DNA of 63,983 nucleotides, the filler included, from Reticulomyxa filosa (lineage: Eukaryota; Protista; Foraminifera): NCBI GenBank assembly GCA_000512085.1. It is 10 parts of 10 records of this genome, joined end to end, with 100 filler letters (N's around TTAATTAATTAA, not from the genome) between each part and the next. Parts side by side here need not be neighbours in the genome. Positions count along the whole stretch, not along the records: positions 55,575 to 61,895 come from ASPP01007541.1; positions 61,996 to 63,983 come from ASPP01021007.1; 8 more parts are not named here. One strand, given 5' to 3'. The notes beneath the pieces were generated by a model. The model was given only the letters and a program-made list of their open reading frames with translations. It searched no databases and was not told where the DNA came from. How positions within the stretch are numbered: position 1 is the stretch's first letter; every line of letters begins with the position of its first letter. Shown one piece after another: positions 61,354 to 63,983 of the stretch. Position numbers and translations under genes: made by a program.

Positions 61354-61895
61354 TTATTGGTTTCTTTTGAAAATATGAATTAGTTTGGACTCAATTTCGT
61401 GCTTTTTGCCAGCGTTGATACATTCGGCGATCCATCGAATATTTGTCCTCTCGACAGCTTTCAATTTTGCAAAGGCATAAAAAGCAGCCAAATGTGATTG
61501 TCCTTCGAAAGCTAAGGCGTTTAGTCGCACATCTTCTTTTTCCAGTTCGAATTGCAAAGCGTCCGCTGTGTTCACCACAATTAAGCATTAACACAAATCA
61601 AAAGTTGTTTTGTTTTTTTTTTTAAGACAAAGAGGGAAGGGGGAAGATGAGAAAAAAAAAAGTTCAATGAATGTCTCACCAATGTCATTGTCGCCAGCAT
61701 TTCTTTCAGCATCTGACCACATTTTATTGAATCTCGAGTATTTGGAGAGAATGTCTTTCAACATTGTTTCGTCATTGCATGAAGCAAACTTTAAAAATTC
61801 CCTCGTAATACAATGAGCCGAACGAGCAAAACAGCTGTGAGTATTTCCAACAAAATCGAGTTATTTTACATATATACATATATATATATATATAT
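61354..61895 (-). CDS. ATP6V0D: V-type ATPase V0 subunit d, C-terminal exons
   Basis: EDVRLNALAFEGQSHLAAFYAFAKLKAVERTNIRWIAECI matches the V0-d C-terminal consensus (EV.LN.LAF..QFH.GVFYA..KLKEQE.RNI.WIAECI). Confidence 0.88.
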
Positions 61896-61995
61896 NNNNN
61901 NNNNNNNNNNNNNNNNNNNNNNNNNNNNNNNNNNNNNNNTTAATTAATTAANNNNNNNNNNNNNNNNNNNNNNNNNNNNNNNNNNNNNNNNNNNN

Positions 61996-63983
61996 TGTTG
62001 TCGAAAATACCATTGACAGGCAAGTTAGGACTACATAAGTAATGTCCCAAATGACTGATGTGAGCATTGACAATGTCGGCACTAAAAGGCGGCGGTTCTT
62101 GGAAAGTGATTTTGTTGTAAGCAAATCTGGAAGGATATGCGCAGACATTGAAAGCAAAGACGTGCCAAGGGAGACTCATCTTGTTGATGATTTTTTCGAC
62201 GTCTTCGAAACTAGAGTAGTGATGGTCGATGCAATAAAAGCCAATGAAAGGCGTGATCAAATCGAGCATGTTGGGGTCCTTCAATCTCCCCGTGTGACTA
62301 TTCAACCAGCCAAAGCGTCGAGCTGTTCGTACGAAATAATCGAGTCCTTTGCGCTTGCACACGTCCATTGTCATTGTTTGCGAAAAGCAATGATGCTCCG
62401 CGGTAAATGTTTGCAGCCACAGTCTTAGCTTATACAATTCTTTGGTAAGCTGAACTTCACACTTTTTTTGGCGATATAAATCCGAAGGAGAGTGACGATT
62501 GAAGCCACTACTGCGCGTTTTTTGCGCCCATTTTTGTTGTTTCTTTTTCAAATGTTCCGACTTTAAATAATATAAAAAATTAAACCAATGAATCCCCATG
62601 AATCCTTCAGGGATTTTTTTGTTGTCTTTTTCCATTACGTATATTGTAAATGCTTGTCGCAGCTTTCCCAGACATTTGCTCCCAAAGATTAGTAACAAAT
62701 TTTCCTCCACTTCTTTAAAGCATTGTGACTAACAATTATATATATGTACATATATACATATATGTTTATTTAGATAATTTTCACATGCATATACGTATAC
62801 TCTACACTTATACCACATTCGAAATCCTTTCATTATCAGCATTTCTTTGTAAAGCACGATTGTATATGATTGCATCCATAGCCTTGGTCAAATAATTAAT
62901 TGTGACCTCTTCCCTTTGCGTAGTCATTCGAAAATAGAAACAGACCAAAAGCTTGGCGGTGTCGGTCCAATTCAAGGAAAAGTGAGTTTTTTCGTCTTGT
63001 GCGCTTTCTTCCGTTCCTTTGCGGTACAGGTCGGAAAACAGAGCGTTGATAATCTTCCTTAGTTTGGCGATGCAGATGGCATAGGAGGCCTTCCAATACT
63101 CGTACAACAGATATTCGATGCAACGGATCACTTGCTCGCCGCTCATGGAGAAGTTGATCTCGTACAGCAAGTATTCGACCATGGATGAAAAGTACTCTTC
63201 CACCGATGGCAAGGTTGGAGCCCGTCCATAAAACAGCCTCTCTTTCACCACGTCCAACACACGAATGAAGGACGACTTCCCTTTCTGTTCCTTCACTTTC
63301 GCGTTGATGTTTCTTTCCAACAGATACGTCTGCACCTTCGAATCAGCCACACTCTCCTCGAACGCAAAGCAGTCCTGGTCGTCTTCACGGACCTCCTTCG
63401 GCAAACGACGCTTGCGCACAAGCTCACTTGTCGTTATCGTGAAGTAATGCTCCAACGCATGCGCAAAGTCCACATGCCAATGAGCCACATACAAAAAGGG
63501 GTACTTGTTGCCACAATGCAAAAACTTTCGCATTGCTTTAGCATCACAACAAAAAATGTATACATATATATTTTTTATATTATATATATATATATATTTA
63601 AAAAAAAAAAATATTTTTTTTTTTTTGGAGATTAGTTTTGTTATGTGTCGAACCGCAGCCAAAAGGGTTCAATATATACCCACAGTCTTGTTCGCTCTCG
63701 GGATTGACCATGATAATAAAAATAAATCCTTTATCCTCGTCATACAAATCCCTGTCAATCACATTGTCATTGGCGTTTTGAGGATAGCTTACTTCTTGCT
63801 CCAAGCTTCTCCAATGTTGATTGTTCAAAGCAATTTGTTTATAGTTTTCGATTTTCGCGTCTTCGCTATTGCTGCAGTTACATTGTATCATAACAAAGAG
63901 TTTGGTGGTTTTAGATTGTAATTTGTACATACACATACACGTATGTGTATGTGTGTATACATATATATATATATATATATATA
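61996..63983 (-). CDS. Hypothetical protein, internal exons only
   Basis: Collinear ORFs 63598..63936, 62808..63662 and 61940..62710 are separated by TATA/A-run introns and have coding-like composition. No domain recognised. Confidence 0.6.

Noticed and set aside
1-63983. rRNA, tRNA or prokaryotic operons/defence systems
   Set aside because: None recognised by eye, and the sequence is spliced eukaryotic DNA. tRNAscan or Infernal were not run, so small RNAs cannot be excluded.

Overview
This is eukaryotic, AT-rich, intron-containing DNA, not a prokaryotic locus. The window joins ten separate contigs with an artificial 100-nt spacer (44 N + TTAATTAATTAA + 44 N), so gene neighbourhoods across spacers mean nothing. 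The gene families, microsatellite-rich introns and homopeptide-rich exons resemble the foraminiferan Reticulomyxa filosa (inference only). Genes: two tandem CAP-Gly proteins (one with an apparently split PDZ domain), a tandem PX-PX protein, a helical-repeat/RAP organellar RNA-binding protein, a coiled-coil/Ig/PH/mu-homology-domain protein, a GT49 glycosyltransferase, a WD40 protein, a CHMP2-like ESCRT-III, an FMO fragment, a PT-repeat surface protein, a TBC1D20-like RabGAP, an RRM protein, a bacterial-type class V aminotransferase, a G-alpha subunit and V-ATPase subunit d. Mobile DNA: an uninterrupted CRE-clade RLE retrotransposon ORF with a YHDD RT motif, a decayed APE-type LINE, a decayed Tc1 element and a family of related TA-CAGTA TIR ends. 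The best leads are the CRE-like element, the CC-Ig-PH-MHD protein, poly(A) 3' splice acceptors, the likely horizontally acquired aminotransferase and recurrent 340-347 bp head-to-head gene spacing. All domain calls come from motif recognition by eye; no searches were run.
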